A DNA stretch of 26,654 nt. It comes from a virus (lineage: Duplodnaviria; Caudoviricetes). Shown one piece after another: positions 1-7,715 of the stretch. The notes beneath the pieces are model-generated. The model searched no databases and was not told the origin of the DNA. It saw only the letters and a program-made list of their open reading frames with translations. The stretch is taken from positions 1-26,654 of the IMG/VR virus record IMGVR_UViG_3300037714_000453; one strand, 5' to 3'. The stretch's first letter is position 1. Every line of letters begins with the position of its first letter. Position numbers and translations under genes: made by a program.

Positions 1-182
1 GCCGTGTTGAGCCCAGCCAACCCGTTCATCGCGTCCCACTGTACAATCGGGATGGGCGTCTTCGCACCGTTCTCGAACGCGGCGCGGACGGTGCGGACAG
101 TCTCCGCCGGGTCCGGCGACTCGACGGTCACGATCGGCACCGCCACGCGCCGGGCGGCCTTCAGCCTCTCCACGAGGTTCAT
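1..182 (-). CDS. N-terminal fragment of a probable Ycf46-like AAA+ ATPase (runs off the window edge)
   Basis: Not in the ORF track. ATG at 182 overlaps the upstream stop (ATGA), with GGAGGAG upstream. Translation MNLVERLKAARRVAVPIVTVESPDPAETVR...IVQWDAMNGL resembles Ycf46-type N-termini (RA..P.I...D...WD...GL); Walker motifs would lie outside the window. Confidence 0.5.
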   Translation of the reverse strand, partial: MNLVERLKAARRVAVPIVTVESPDPAETVRTVRAAFENGAKTPIPIVQWDAMNGLAGLNT

Positions 183-403
183 GCGGTCTCCTCCTTGAGC
201 ATGGTGTTGATGTCCTTCTTGTTCTTCTCCACGTACACGTCGCACATCCGCTTGGCGAGGAGCTCCACCTTGTCGTCCGCGTCGTCGAGCATCCACCGCA
301 GGATCTCCATCGCCTCCGACTGCGTGTAGCCGCGCTGTATCAGGCGGTTCGCGAACGCGTTCCAGTAGATATTGGCCGCGCGCTCCGTGTATGTTCCGTT
401 CAT
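179..403 (-). CDS. Hypothetical protein (74 aa)
   Basis: ATGA overlaps at both ends, SD AAGGAG, helical-looking sequence. Confidence 0.75.
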   Translation of the reverse strand: MNGTYTERAANIYWNAFANRLIQRGYTQSEAMEILRWMLDDADDKVELLAKRMCDVYVEKNKKDINTMLKEETA

Positions 404-585
404 AGGGTCTTCTCCTTCTTGGGCACCGAGACGTAGACCGTCTCACCCTTGATGTTGAAGGCGGGATACCGTCGCCCCGCCCAGTTGTGGTTAGCCAGGC
501 ACGCGTCCGAGCAAAAGCCGTCCGCGTACCGCGTGGGCTCTCCGCAATCTTCGCACGGGGTCGCCGCGCACCGTGACGGACTCAT
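400..585 (-). CDS. Small Cys-rich zinc-binding protein (CEDC...FCSDAC)
   Basis: ATGA coupling; CxxC...FCSxxC pattern typical of TRASH/YHS-like treble-clef fingers. Confidence 0.65.
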   Translation of the reverse strand: MSPSRCAATPCEDCGEPTRYADGFCSDACLANHNWAGRRYPAFNIKGETVYVSVPKKEKTL

Positions 586-731
586 TTAGTCAAGCCCTCC
601 CTCCAGATCAGTTTGATGGTTGTGAACAGCGAGCCCGCGGACACACCCTGTGAGACCGGGTCACTGAACAGGTCAACGACCGCCTCGACGACCGCCGCCC
701 AGAGGGGCGGGTCGAACACCGAGCCGCTCAT
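582..731 (-). CDS. Small hydrophobic hypothetical protein (MSGSVFDPPLWAAV..., 49 aa)
   Basis: Start reassigned to ATG 731, which overlaps the upstream TGA and follows the SD AAGGGGG; the longer ORF-track N-terminus overlaps another gene. Confidence 0.55.
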   Translation of the reverse strand: MSGSVFDPPLWAAVVEAVVDLFSDPVSQGVSAGSLFTTIKLIWREGLTK

Positions 732-1135
732 GCGTCTCCCCCCTTCTTGCCAGGGCGGCACTTGCGGCACCGCGCCCTGGTGGCGTCCGGCAGCGCACAG
801 CACTCGTGGCCGCACGCCAGGGCGGCGCGCGCCGTCTTGCCGCTCGCGTTCAGCTTGACGCTGACGACCGAGCGGTACGGCCCGAGGCGCTCGTCCTTGC
901 TGACGTCCACGCCCGACACCGAGGCGACCTCCACGGACTCGGCCGGCGCGTCTCCGCGGCACGCGGGGCACTTCCACACGAGCACCCGCCGGTGCTCGCC
1001 GTCCACCTCAGAGAAGACGGCGACGGCCTCGTCCGACACGACCCACTGCCGACAGCCGCCGCAGAAGTTGCTGCGTGGCTCCTTGACGACGATGACACCG
1101 TGCCTGTCCTTCAGGACCTTGTTCCGTCTCATCAT
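728..1135 (-). CDS. Cys-rich zinc-ribbon protein (CGGC, CPAC, CGH, CRKC)
   Basis: Start reassigned to ATG 1135 (ATGA overlap); multiple CxxC pairs. Confidence 0.65.
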   Translation of the reverse strand: MMRRNKVLKDRHGVIVVKEPRSNFCGGCRQWVVSDEAVAVFSEVDGEHRRVLVWKCPACRGDAPAESVEVASVSGVDVSKDERLGPYRSVVSVKLNASGKTARAALACGHECCALPDATRARCRKCRPGKKGGDA

Positions 1136-1329
1136 GACGTGCCGTGCTTCTTGACACGCCTGACGATTTGAGGCCGAACTACTCGCGGCCAACCATCCGC
1201 GAAACCTATGCATTCTGTGTCCCATCGCTCAGGGTTTTCATCGAGCACGCTCATGAGACGATCAACCTCACGCCAGAACAAGGTCATATGAGCGTTCACG
1301 AGCGCCGCCTCTGGTCTAAGGTCGATCAT
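1132..1329 (-). CDS. Hypothetical protein (MIDLRPEAAL..., 65 aa)
   Basis: ATG 1329 overlaps the upstream TGA; SD GGAGG. Confidence 0.65.
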   Translation of the reverse strand: MIDLRPEAALVNAHMTLFWREVDRLMSVLDENPERWDTECIGFADGWPRVVRPQIVRRVKKHGTS

Positions 1330-1475
1330 GCCTCGCCTCCCTCGTCCTGGTTGTGGAGCTCCGGGGCGCACACCGGGCAGCGGCACGGCCCCAGGTCCTC
1401 GTTGACCGGCTCGTTGTGGATGCGGCGCGCCAGCGCGTCCTGCGCGTCCTTGATGAAGTCGCTGATCAGGTCCAT
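1326..1475 (-). CDS. Small protein ending in CRCPVCAPELH (49 aa)
   Basis: ATG 1475 lies just after the upstream TAA, with SD GGAGG; the C-terminus is paralogous to the gene at 2166-2351. Confidence 0.65.
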   Translation of the reverse strand: MDLISDFIKDAQDALARRIHNEPVNEDLGPCRCPVCAPELHNQDEGGEA

Positions 1476-1476
1476 C

Positions 1477-1935
1477 TTACTTGGCCTCCAGCGCCGCGAC
1501 GGCCGCGTCCAGCGCGACCAGCTCGGGGAACCGCACATGGTTGTACTTCTCCGCCTTGACCAGTGCGACGGCCGCGTCGATCACGGCCTGCCGCCGCTTG
1601 GTTATGAGCTCGACGGTGTTGCGGTAGGCGTCCTCGCGCGCCACCTTTGCCTTCCACTCCGCGGCCTGCGCGGTCCGGCGCTTCTGGTCGCGCTGCTCGA
1701 TCGCGACCGGGTCGTGCGTGCCGCAGAACCACCGCGGCTCCTCGACCTGGTAGGACGGGTTGCTCACATCGGTGAACTGGAACGTCGCCTCGTCGTACAG
1801 CTTCATCGCGGGCGGGTAGACGGTCCGCTTGACAATCCGCTCGACCCTCGCGGACTTCGCGCAACCGTAGCGGTAGCCGCTGCCGCCGCGGTAGATCTTC
1901 TCAGAGCAATTGTGGTGAACCGTGTCGTTGGCCAT
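1477..1935 (-). CDS. Hypothetical protein with Cys/His metal-binding motif and C-terminal coiled coil (152 aa)
   Basis: SD GGAGG; C...C...FCGTHDP pattern followed by a helical tail. Confidence 0.8.
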   Translation of the reverse strand: MANDTVHHNCSEKIYRGGSGYRYGCAKSARVERIVKRTVYPPAMKLYDEATFQFTDVSNPSYQVEEPRWFCGTHDPVAIEQRDQKRRTAQAAEWKAKVAREDAYRNTVELITKRRQAVIDAAVALVKAEKYNHVRFPELVALDAAVAALEAK

Positions 1936-1983
1936 GGCCTAGGTATCCTCCGTTTGTGTGATTATCCGTCGATGCGTAGAATG

Positions 1984-2169
1984 CTACCGCTTCTCTGCGT
2001 CTTCGACGTTCACTACGTGATCGCAACCCTCGCACCCCTCTAATAGATGCCGCGCCTCCCAGTCATTCGCGGCCCGCAGCGTGGGGAGGATCGCCCCCGC
2101 GCCGCACGAGCAGGCAACGCTACGCCGCACCGGCGCGAACGTCTCGACTCTCACCGCGTCGCCGCTCAT
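1984..2169 (-). CDS. Small Cys/His protein (CSCG...H...CEGCDH, 61 aa)
   Basis: Start reassigned to ATG 2169 (ATGA overlap, SD GAGGAG). Confidence 0.65.
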   Translation of the reverse strand: MSGDAVRVETFAPVRRSVACSCGAGAILPTLRAANDWEARHLLEGCEGCDHVVNVEDAEKR

Positions 2170-2351
2170 GCCTCGCTCCTCTCTCCATCGTCCTCGGCAT
2201 GGAGCTCCGGGGCACACACCGGGCACCAGCAGCCCGGCGGGGCACACACCGGGCACCAGCAGCCCGGCGCACTAGCCGAGCCGCCACTGCGCTCGACGCG
2301 CTCCTTCGTCTGCTGCGCGTTCCGGAGAAGTCTCTCGTCGCGTGGGTTCAT
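2166..2351 (-). CDS. Small protein with duplicated PGCWCPVCAP motif (61 aa)
   Basis: SD AGGAG; contains an in-frame 30-bp tandem duplication. Confidence 0.7.
   Translation of the reverse strand: MNPRDERLLRNAQQTKERVERSGGSASAPGCWCPVCAPPGCWCPVCAPELHAEDDGERSEA
2208..2269. repeat. Perfect 30-bp tandem duplication
   Basis: cggggcacacaccgggcaccagcagcccgg x2, read directly from the sequence. Confidence 0.95.
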
Positions 2352-2410
2352 TTGGCACTCCTATTAGATGATGGGTGATTTTCTGGTTAGTTGCGCTGCG
2401 TCTCGAATCT

Positions 2411-2605
2411 TCACCGCGTCACCACGAACAGGTAGTGATACCGCCTGTCAGTGACCGGCTTGTGGCATGCGCCGCATACCCAGTCGTTCGATGCCTTGTC
2501 ATACCGCGTGTTAGTCGGGTCGTGCTTCGTCTCAACCTGCATCCGCCCCAAGTCCGCGCACGACGGGTACTCGCTGCCGCACCGGCAACCCAGACGATGC
2601 TTCAT
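2411..2605 (-). CDS. Small zinc-ribbon protein (CRC...C...CGAC, 64 aa)
   Basis: Strong SD AGGAGG; first clear gene after the long leader. Confidence 0.75.
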   Translation of the reverse strand: MKHRLGCRCGSEYPSCADLGRMQVETKHDPTNTRYDKASNDWVCGACHKPVTDRRYHYLFVVTR

Positions 2606-2614
2606 GTCAGTACC

Positions 2615-2955
2615 CTCCTAGGTTCTATTCTATAGATACGTGAGTTCCAATCGCGCTGGCACCGCTGACCCCGCCTCCCACTGGCTCACCACGGTTGGCG
2701 TCATCGCCGGACATTCGTGGCTCCGAGTGCGCGGGGTACTCCGATCGCGACTCCTGCGCTAGGACTGGAGCGTCGCCTATGGTTGTTGGGAGCAGGCTCA
2801 CCGGGCGTCCCCGGCCCGGAAGATCGGCGCGCATCCTGACGCGCTCCCTCCAGTGAGTGTCGCCGCTCCGTCCCGGTCCCTTGGTTCCCGGCCGCCTGGG
2901 GGTTGGCCCGGCCTACTTCCCCAGGTCCGTCCTGCCACATACCCTACGCCTACAG
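2615..2955 (-). ncRNA. Candidate structured leader or ncRNA (family not recognised)
   Basis: About 340 nt between a putative promoter and the first convincing gene; several nested helices; only poor Gly/Pro/Arg-rich ORFs. Confidence 0.35.
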
Positions 2956-2960
2956 TCTCA

Positions 2961-2989
2961 AATATACCGCGGTCCGGTTGAGAAGTACA
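2961..2989 (-). promoter_or_regulatory. Putative sigma70-type promoter for the accessory-gene operon
   Basis: Minus strand TGTACT-17 nt-TATATT, with a very AT-rich upstream region. Confidence 0.5.
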
Positions 2990-3027
2990 CTAAAAAACTA
3001 CATATAGAAAATTATATTACCCTTATA

Positions 3028-3040
3028 AATCAACTACTTA
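3028..3040 (+). promoter_or_regulatory. IHF-binding consensus site
   Basis: AATCAACTACTTA exactly matches WATCAANNNNTTR and has an A/T tract on its 5' side, within the most AT-rich stretch of the window. Confidence 0.6.
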
Positions 3041-3070
3041 GAACATTCAACGAGTTTCATTTTGAGATGT

Positions 3071-4081
3071 TTAGCGCCCCAGGCGGGTGCGAACCTGCGA
3101 GGCGAGCGACCCTACCCGGTCATTGAGGACCAACTCCGCGCCGGAGCCCGCGTCCTTGCCGCCCACCCACGCGCCCAGGCACGCGTCGACGTCGTGCGCG
3201 TGGAGGTCGTCGACATGCGCGGCCGCGCGGGCCTGCGCCTCGGGCTCCGCGTCGAGCGCGACGACCACGCGTGACGGGCGACCGGCGCGGATGATCGCGA
3301 TCTTCTCCGCCGTGAGCGCGACGCCCAGCAGCGCAACGGCCGGCGGGGAGGCGTGCGTCGCGTGCCAACCCATCGCGTCCCCGGGGCCCTCGACGAGAAT
3401 CATCTCCCGGTTAGACTTGATCGCGTCGACGTTGAAGAGCATGGCGGCGGCCGGTCGGCCGCACTCCGGCTCGAGCGTGTGGCGGCCCGCGACGTTGCTG
3501 CTGGTCAGGTATTTCGGCTTCACGCCGTCTTTGATCGTCCGCGACTGGAAGCCAACTAGCGTGCCACCCATGACCACGGGGATGACCACGCGGAACGCGT
3601 GCCGTCCCAAACTGAGACACCAGCGGAGGTCCCAGCGGCGCGCGTCGCTCAGCGAGAGACCCCACTGGCGCTTGATGAACGTCGCGAAAACGTCCTGGAC
3701 CACGCGCAGGCCGTCCACCTCAAAGGGCCGCGCCCCCTCCGGCAAGTGGCAGAAGTCGTCACCGCGGGGCGTCGGCGGGAGCGGCGCGACAGTCGCGCCG
3801 CCGAAGTTCTTCTCCAGGTGGCGCCACGCCTTCGCGCGCGTGTCGATCTTGAGGACGCGGCGCGCCCACTCGACGACCCCGCCGGAAAGGTTCGGCTCCG
3901 CGTCGCAGCCCGCGTTGAAGCAGCCCACACCCCAACCCTGGACGCCGACCCAGCCGCGGCCGGAGCGGTCGCCGCAGAGCGGGCAGTCGAACGTGCGGAT
4001 GCCGGAGTCGTAGCCGCGCCCGCCGCCCTCGTTGCGGACGCGGACGACGGACCGCAGGAAGCGGTCGAGGTCTACAGCCAT
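3071..4081 (-). CDS. DNA primase (N-terminal Zn finger plus TOPRIM)
   Basis: CPLCGD...CFNAGC zinc finger; RVVIPV...VGFQSR...KYL; TOPRIM VEGPGDA and ALDAE; lies downstream of DnaB. Confidence 0.88.
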   Translation of the reverse strand: MAVDLDRFLRSVVRVRNEGGGRGYDSGIRTFDCPLCGDRSGRGWVGVQGWGVGCFNAGCDAEPNLSGGVVEWARRVLKIDTRAKAWRHLEKNFGGATVAPLPPTPRGDDFCHLPEGARPFEVDGLRVVQDVFATFIKRQWGLSLSDARRWDLRWCLSLGRHAFRVVIPVVMGGTLVGFQSRTIKDGVKPKYLTSSNVAGRHTLEPECGRPAAAMLFNVDAIKSNREMILVEGPGDAMGWHATHASPPAVALLGVALTAEKIAIIRAGRPSRVVVALDAEPEAQARAAAHVDDLHAHDVDACLGAWVGGKDAGSGAELVLNDRVGSLASQVRTRLGR

Positions 4082-4272
4082 GTCCCCGGAGTCGCGAACC
4101 AGTCGCTAATTTTCTCAATGATGAGGAACGGCCAGATCAGGAGAAAAATCATCAGCCGAACCGCCGTCCCGATCACCGCCAGCCGCCGGCGGGGCGCCGG
4201 TCCTCCAGGTAGTTGTAGGCGCGGTGCGCGAGCGCCCAAAGGATCCTCATGACCCCGCCCGCGCAGGCTCAT
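4072..4272 (-). CDS. Small predicted membrane protein (start uncertain)
   Basis: Hydrophobic segment VIGTAVRLMIFLLIWPFLII; ATG 4272 overlaps the upstream stop. An alternative short ORF begins at 4250. Confidence 0.45.
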   Translation of the reverse strand: MSLRGRGHEDPLGARAPRLQLPGGPAPRRRLAVIGTAVRLMIFLLIWPFLIIEKISDWFATPGTWL

Positions 4273-4436
4273 GAGAGCGCGCGCTCCACGCACTCCAGCA
4301 GCAGCGCGGCGTCCCCAGAGAGGTCGCTTGCGTCCTCCGTCTCCGCGATCTCGTCGAAGAGATACGGGTCGATGTCGCCCCATTCGCACACCTCAAGCGC
4401 GGTGGCGAACCTCGCGCAGAACTCCCTGGCGGTCAT
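4269..4436 (-). CDS. Small acidic hypothetical protein (MTAREFCARFATALEVCEWGDIDPYLFDEIAE..., 55 aa)
   Basis: Not in the ORF track; translated by hand; ATGA overlaps at both ends. Confidence 0.65.
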   Translation of the reverse strand: MTAREFCARFATALEVCEWGDIDPYLFDEIAETEDASDLSGDAALLLECVERALS

Positions 4437-4729
4437 ACGAGCGGATCCGGATCGTCCGGCGCCTGCGGCTTCTGAGCTAGCAGTTGCGCCGGCGACCTGA
4501 CCTCGTTCCGCGGGCCCGACGTGTTTTGCCCCCTTGCTTCAAGTCTATCAGTCACGAGCGCGTCGCCCGCGCTGGCGAGGTCGCGGTCGAGAGCGACCGC
4601 GGCTGCGATGACCTCCTCCTGCGAGAGGGCGGCATCGTCGAGGTTCCGCTCCACCGAGAGCTCCAGCGTCTCGGACTCGTACTCCTTGACCCGGACCGTC
4701 CGCTTCCACGTCGCACTGATTATCGCCAC
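4433..4729 (-). CDS. Phage hypothetical protein (RTVRVKEYES motif)
   Basis: SD AAGGAGG, GTG start; the motif resembles a common small protein of phage replication regions. Confidence 0.75.
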   Translation of the reverse strand: MAIISATWKRTVRVKEYESETLELSVERNLDDAALSQEEVIAAAVALDRDLASAGDALVTDRLEARGQNTSGPRNEVRSPAQLLAQKPQAPDDPDPLV

Positions 4730-4742
4730 AGGCGCTCCCTCC

Positions 4743-6086
4743 TTACTCTACAGTATCCGACAGCGCGTCCACGACTCCCTCGCCCGCCGGCGTGATGAGC
4801 ATCCTCGCGAAGTCCACCTCGTAGTCACCCGCCCGGACCTCGTCCTCCTCCTCGCGGGCCGCCGCCTCGTAGAACCGCCGGAGCCTGGCGCGGACCATCG
4901 CCTTCGTCCCGCAGATGGCCGTGGCGCCGTCGAGGACCGCGATCACCTCGAAGGCCTCCGCGATGTCCGTCTTCCTGATGACCGCCTTGTTGACGGCGAG
5001 CTTGTTGACCAGCGCCGCGGACCATATGAGCAGGTCCTCCGCCTTCGCCAGCGCGCTGATCTCGCGGCTGATCCGCGGGAGCTCGTGCCGCTTCTCGTCC
5101 TCGTCCTTCGCGGACCCCATGATGTTCAGGTAGTCGAATATGGCCAAGTCCACGACGCCGCCGCGCCGGCGGATGCGCTCGATCCGGCGAGCGGCCTCCG
5201 CCACGCTGTTGGGCATCTGCGGCGGGAACTCGTCGATGTAGAGCTCGCTCGCGCCGGAGGCGCGGAGGCCGGCGACCGCGCGCTCGAGCGCCGCCAGGTC
5301 GTCGGTGAGCTCCTCCGCCCTGCGCCGCGACACGTGGCGGTCCATGCGGAGCGCCATGCGCATGGCCTGCATCTCGAACGTCGCGAGGTAGACGCCCCGC
5401 CTCCGCCGGAGCGCGGCGCCGGCGACGGTGAGCAGCGCGGCGGTCTTCCCGCCCTTCGGGGGCGCGAGGAAGTAGTGGACCTCCCGCTTCGTCGGCCCGC
5501 CGCGGAGGACCTCGTCCAGCGCCGGGAACCCCGTCGCGATGCGCTCGCCCATCTGGTCCCCGCGACGCCACGCCTCCATGCGGGCCTCCGCCTCGGCGAG
5601 GTAGCTCACGCGCTTGTCTTCCGCGACACCGATCGGCTCCATCCCGCGCTGCATGATCTCGAACGCGCGGGGCAGGGCGGAGGGCCCGGCGGCGACGACG
5701 TCCGCGGCCTGGATCACCGCGCGCTCGAAGGCGCGGAGCTGCGCCTGCTCGCGAACCTTGGCCCGGAGGTACTCCTGGTCAGCGGGGACCTCCGTCTCGG
5801 CGACGGCCTCAGACTCACGCGTGAGTTCTCCGCGCTCCTCAGGCGAGAGCCGCTGCCCGGCGTCAGCGACGAGCTGCCAGTAGACCGCGGCGGGCGGGCG
5901 CGCTCGGTACTCGGCGAAGTACGCCGCGACCGCAGTGGCGATGCGCTGGCGCGGGGGCTGCGGCCCACGCTCGTTCGCGGACGCGAAGAGCTCCGCGTCG
6001 AGAGGCAGCGTCTCGAGCAGATCGCCTTTGACCGCAGCGGCGAGCACGAGGCGCTGGAAGTCGGCCGACCAGTTGGCCTCGCTCAC
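4743..6086 (-). CDS. dnaB: Replicative DnaB-family (SF4) helicase
   Basis: IATGFPALD, Walker A APPKGGKT, TFEM, Walker B IFDYLNIM, ISREISALA. Start reassigned to GTG 6086 (GTGA overlap; MSEANWSADFQ). Confidence 0.9.
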   Translation of the reverse strand: MSEANWSADFQRLVLAAAVKGDLLETLPLDAELFASANERGPQPPRQRIATAVAAYFAEYRARPPAAVYWQLVADAGQRLSPEERGELTRESEAVAETEVPADQEYLRAKVREQAQLRAFERAVIQAADVVAAGPSALPRAFEIMQRGMEPIGVAEDKRVSYLAEAEARMEAWRRGDQMGERIATGFPALDEVLRGGPTKREVHYFLAPPKGGKTAALLTVAGAALRRRRGVYLATFEMQAMRMALRMDRHVSRRRAEELTDDLAALERAVAGLRASGASELYIDEFPPQMPNSVAEAARRIERIRRRGGVVDLAIFDYLNIMGSAKDEDEKRHELPRISREISALAKAEDLLIWSAALVNKLAVNKAVIRKTDIAEAFEVIAVLDGATAICGTKAMVRARLRRFYEAAAREEEDEVRAGDYEVDFARMLITPAGEGVVDALSDTVE

Positions 6087-6286
6087 CTCGGTCGCTCCCA
6101 CCGCCCGAAGCCAACGAGCATCCCGGATAGTAAGAAGCCGCCGGCCAGGCAAGCGACCGTCGCCGCCAAAGAGCCGTGGCCACGAATCTGAAGCACAGCG
6201 TCTACCACGCCGAATGGTACGAAACACAACCCTGCTAGAAAGTACTTCCAAGCGAGATAGCGGACGTCAAGAAGGAAGTCCCTCAC
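6083..6286 (-). CDS. Small two-TM membrane protein (67 aa)
   Basis: GTGA overlaps at both ends; hydrophobic segments YFLAGLCFVPFGVV and LAATVACLAGGFLLSGMLVGF. Confidence 0.65.
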   Translation of the reverse strand: MRDFLLDVRYLAWKYFLAGLCFVPFGVVDAVLQIRGHGSLAATVACLAGGFLLSGMLVGFGRWERPR

Positions 6287-6942
6287 CGGAGCGACCTGCC
6301 CGGGACCGGCACCGAGAGGAACCGGCGCTGCTCCAGCAGCCGGTCCGCCGCGCGCTCGCCGAGGACGTCCTTCCACTTCGACGGCGGGTCGTTCAGTGTC
6401 AGGATGAGCCGACGGTCGCGCCGGTCCTCCGCCCACTCGAGGTGCCGGAGCAGGAGCGCCTGGCGGTACTGCGTGCCGGTCTCCGCGCCGACGTCGTCGA
6501 GCATCAGGACCGTCACGCCCTCGAGCTGCTCGAACCAGCCCTCCTCGTCCCAGTGCTCGCGACGGTTCCGCGCGAGCAGCCGCGACCACCGCTCGAACCA
6601 GCACGGCGACGGCTCCGCGGTCTCCCCCAGCTCGAGCGGGAGCGGGTCCGGCTTGGTCAAGACGTTCCACTGGAACAGGTCACCGAAACCCGCCTCGGCG
6701 AACCGCCGGAGCAGCGCGACGCCCAGCCCGGTCTTACCCGCGCCCTGCGCGCCGTAAAGCACGATGCTGAGCGGCGACTCGGGCGCGCTCAGCGTGTCAG
6801 AGGCAAACGTCATGAGCGCCTCCGGCACGGGGCGCGGGTAGGTGTCGAACCCGAGCTGCGCGTACGGCTCCGGCGCGTTGACGCGCGCGGCGCGCGAGTC
6901 GGGCGTGTTCCACGGCATCTCCGTCTCGTTCAGGTTGCCCAT
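6283..6942 (-). CDS. DnaC/IstB-like AAA+ helicase loader
   Basis: Walker A GAQGAGKT, Walker B LMLDDVG, ILTLN, ADRL; start ATG 6942 (TGATG overlap); directly follows the initiator. Confidence 0.85.
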   Translation of the reverse strand: MGNLNETEMPWNTPDSRAARVNAPEPYAQLGFDTYPRPVPEALMTFASDTLSAPESPLSIVLYGAQGAGKTGLGVALLRRFAEAGFGDLFQWNVLTKPDPLPLELGETAEPSPCWFERWSRLLARNRREHWDEEGWFEQLEGVTVLMLDDVGAETGTQYRQALLLRHLEWAEDRRDRRLILTLNDPPSKWKDVLGERAADRLLEQRRFLSVPVPGRSLR

Positions 6943-7715
6943 CAGTCCAGCCCCCGCTCCCTCACCCTCCGCAGGTAGTCCTCGTGCCACGCCTTGCGAG
7001 TATCCGGGTCGTCGATGTTCGAGAGCTCGCGCGAGCGAGGCGACGGCCTCGTCTGCGCGGCGGCGAGCAGCGCGGGGAACTTGCTGACGGACAGCAAGTA
7101 CATCGGGTCGACGAGCGACTGAAACCTGTCGCCCTCGTCGTACTTCCTCCGCGCCCACGAGACGACGGCCATCACCTCGGCGACCGTGTGGCCGTCGGTG
7201 AGGAGGCGCGTGAGCCTCGCGCGCACGAGCTGGCCGTACTTCCCGCCGTTGTCCTTGACGCGCAGGACCCGGAGCGCGTCCTTGACGACGGTGCGCCGCT
7301 CGGTGTGGGTGAGCCCCCCTGCAAGATTCTTGTACGCCCTTACCCCTTTCTCCTCTCTACTTCTCGCTCTCTCTCGAGGACCTACTCTTGAAGAGAGTCT
7401 CTTAGACTCTAGAGGTAAAGGAGTTGCAACTTTCTTTAGGGGCACCGCGTAAACCCCTTCGCCGTAACTGACTATCGCGTTCTTCCTAACGAGCTCGAGG
7501 CGCGCCTGGCTGATGGTCGGGTATGAAAGATTCGTTGAGGGGGCTAGCTGCGAGAGCGATGCCGAGAACCGCTCACCCCGCGCGACCTCTGCTTCTCGCT
7601 CGAGCCTGTAGAACGCGAAGAGCACCTTCAGCGTGCTCCCCTTCTTGATGCTGGCGACGAGCTGATCGTCCGGGCCTGCAAGAAAATTGCTGTCCACGAC
7701 GGTAGTATCCGTCAC
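6942..7715 (-). CDS. Phage replication initiator (lambda O-like; N-terminal wHTH, conserved phage C-terminal domain)
   Basis: HTH-like SLSQLAPSTNLSYPTISQARLELVRK; C-terminal GHTVAEVMAVV...DPMYLLSVSKF resembles Phg_2220_C-type domains; GTG 7715 overlaps the upstream TGA; precedes the DnaC-like gene. Confidence 0.72.
   Translation of the reverse strand: MTDTTVVDSNFLAGPDDQLVASIKKGSTLKVLFAFYRLEREAEVARGERFSASLSQLAPSTNLSYPTISQARLELVRKNAIVSYGEGVYAVPLKKVATPLPLESKRLSSRVGPRERARSREEKGVRAYKNLAGGLTHTERRTVVKDALRVLRVKDNGGKYGQLVRARLTRLLTDGHTVAEVMAVVSWARRKYDEGDRFQSLVDPMYLLSVSKFPALLAAAQTRPSPRSRELSNIDDPDTRKAWHEDYLRRVRERGLD
7325..7445. other. Candidate origin of replication within the initiator gene
   Basis: Locally AT-rich linker with CTCT...GAG palindromic repeats; same position as lambdoid origins. 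Confidence 0.45.

Noticed and set aside
2208-2269. 30-bp direct repeat as a CRISPR array
   Set aside because: Two abutting copies with no spacer, in frame within a gene, and no cas genes.
2625-2940. ORFs 2625-2834 and 2701-2940 as genes
   Set aside because: Mutually overlapping, low-complexity translations with no coupling to neighbours; not fully excluded.
6087-6251. ORF-track N-terminal extensions (DnaB to 6251, loader to 7158, initiator to 8123, spike to 11467)
   Set aside because: They overlap neighbouring genes; internal starts coupled to upstream stops fit better.
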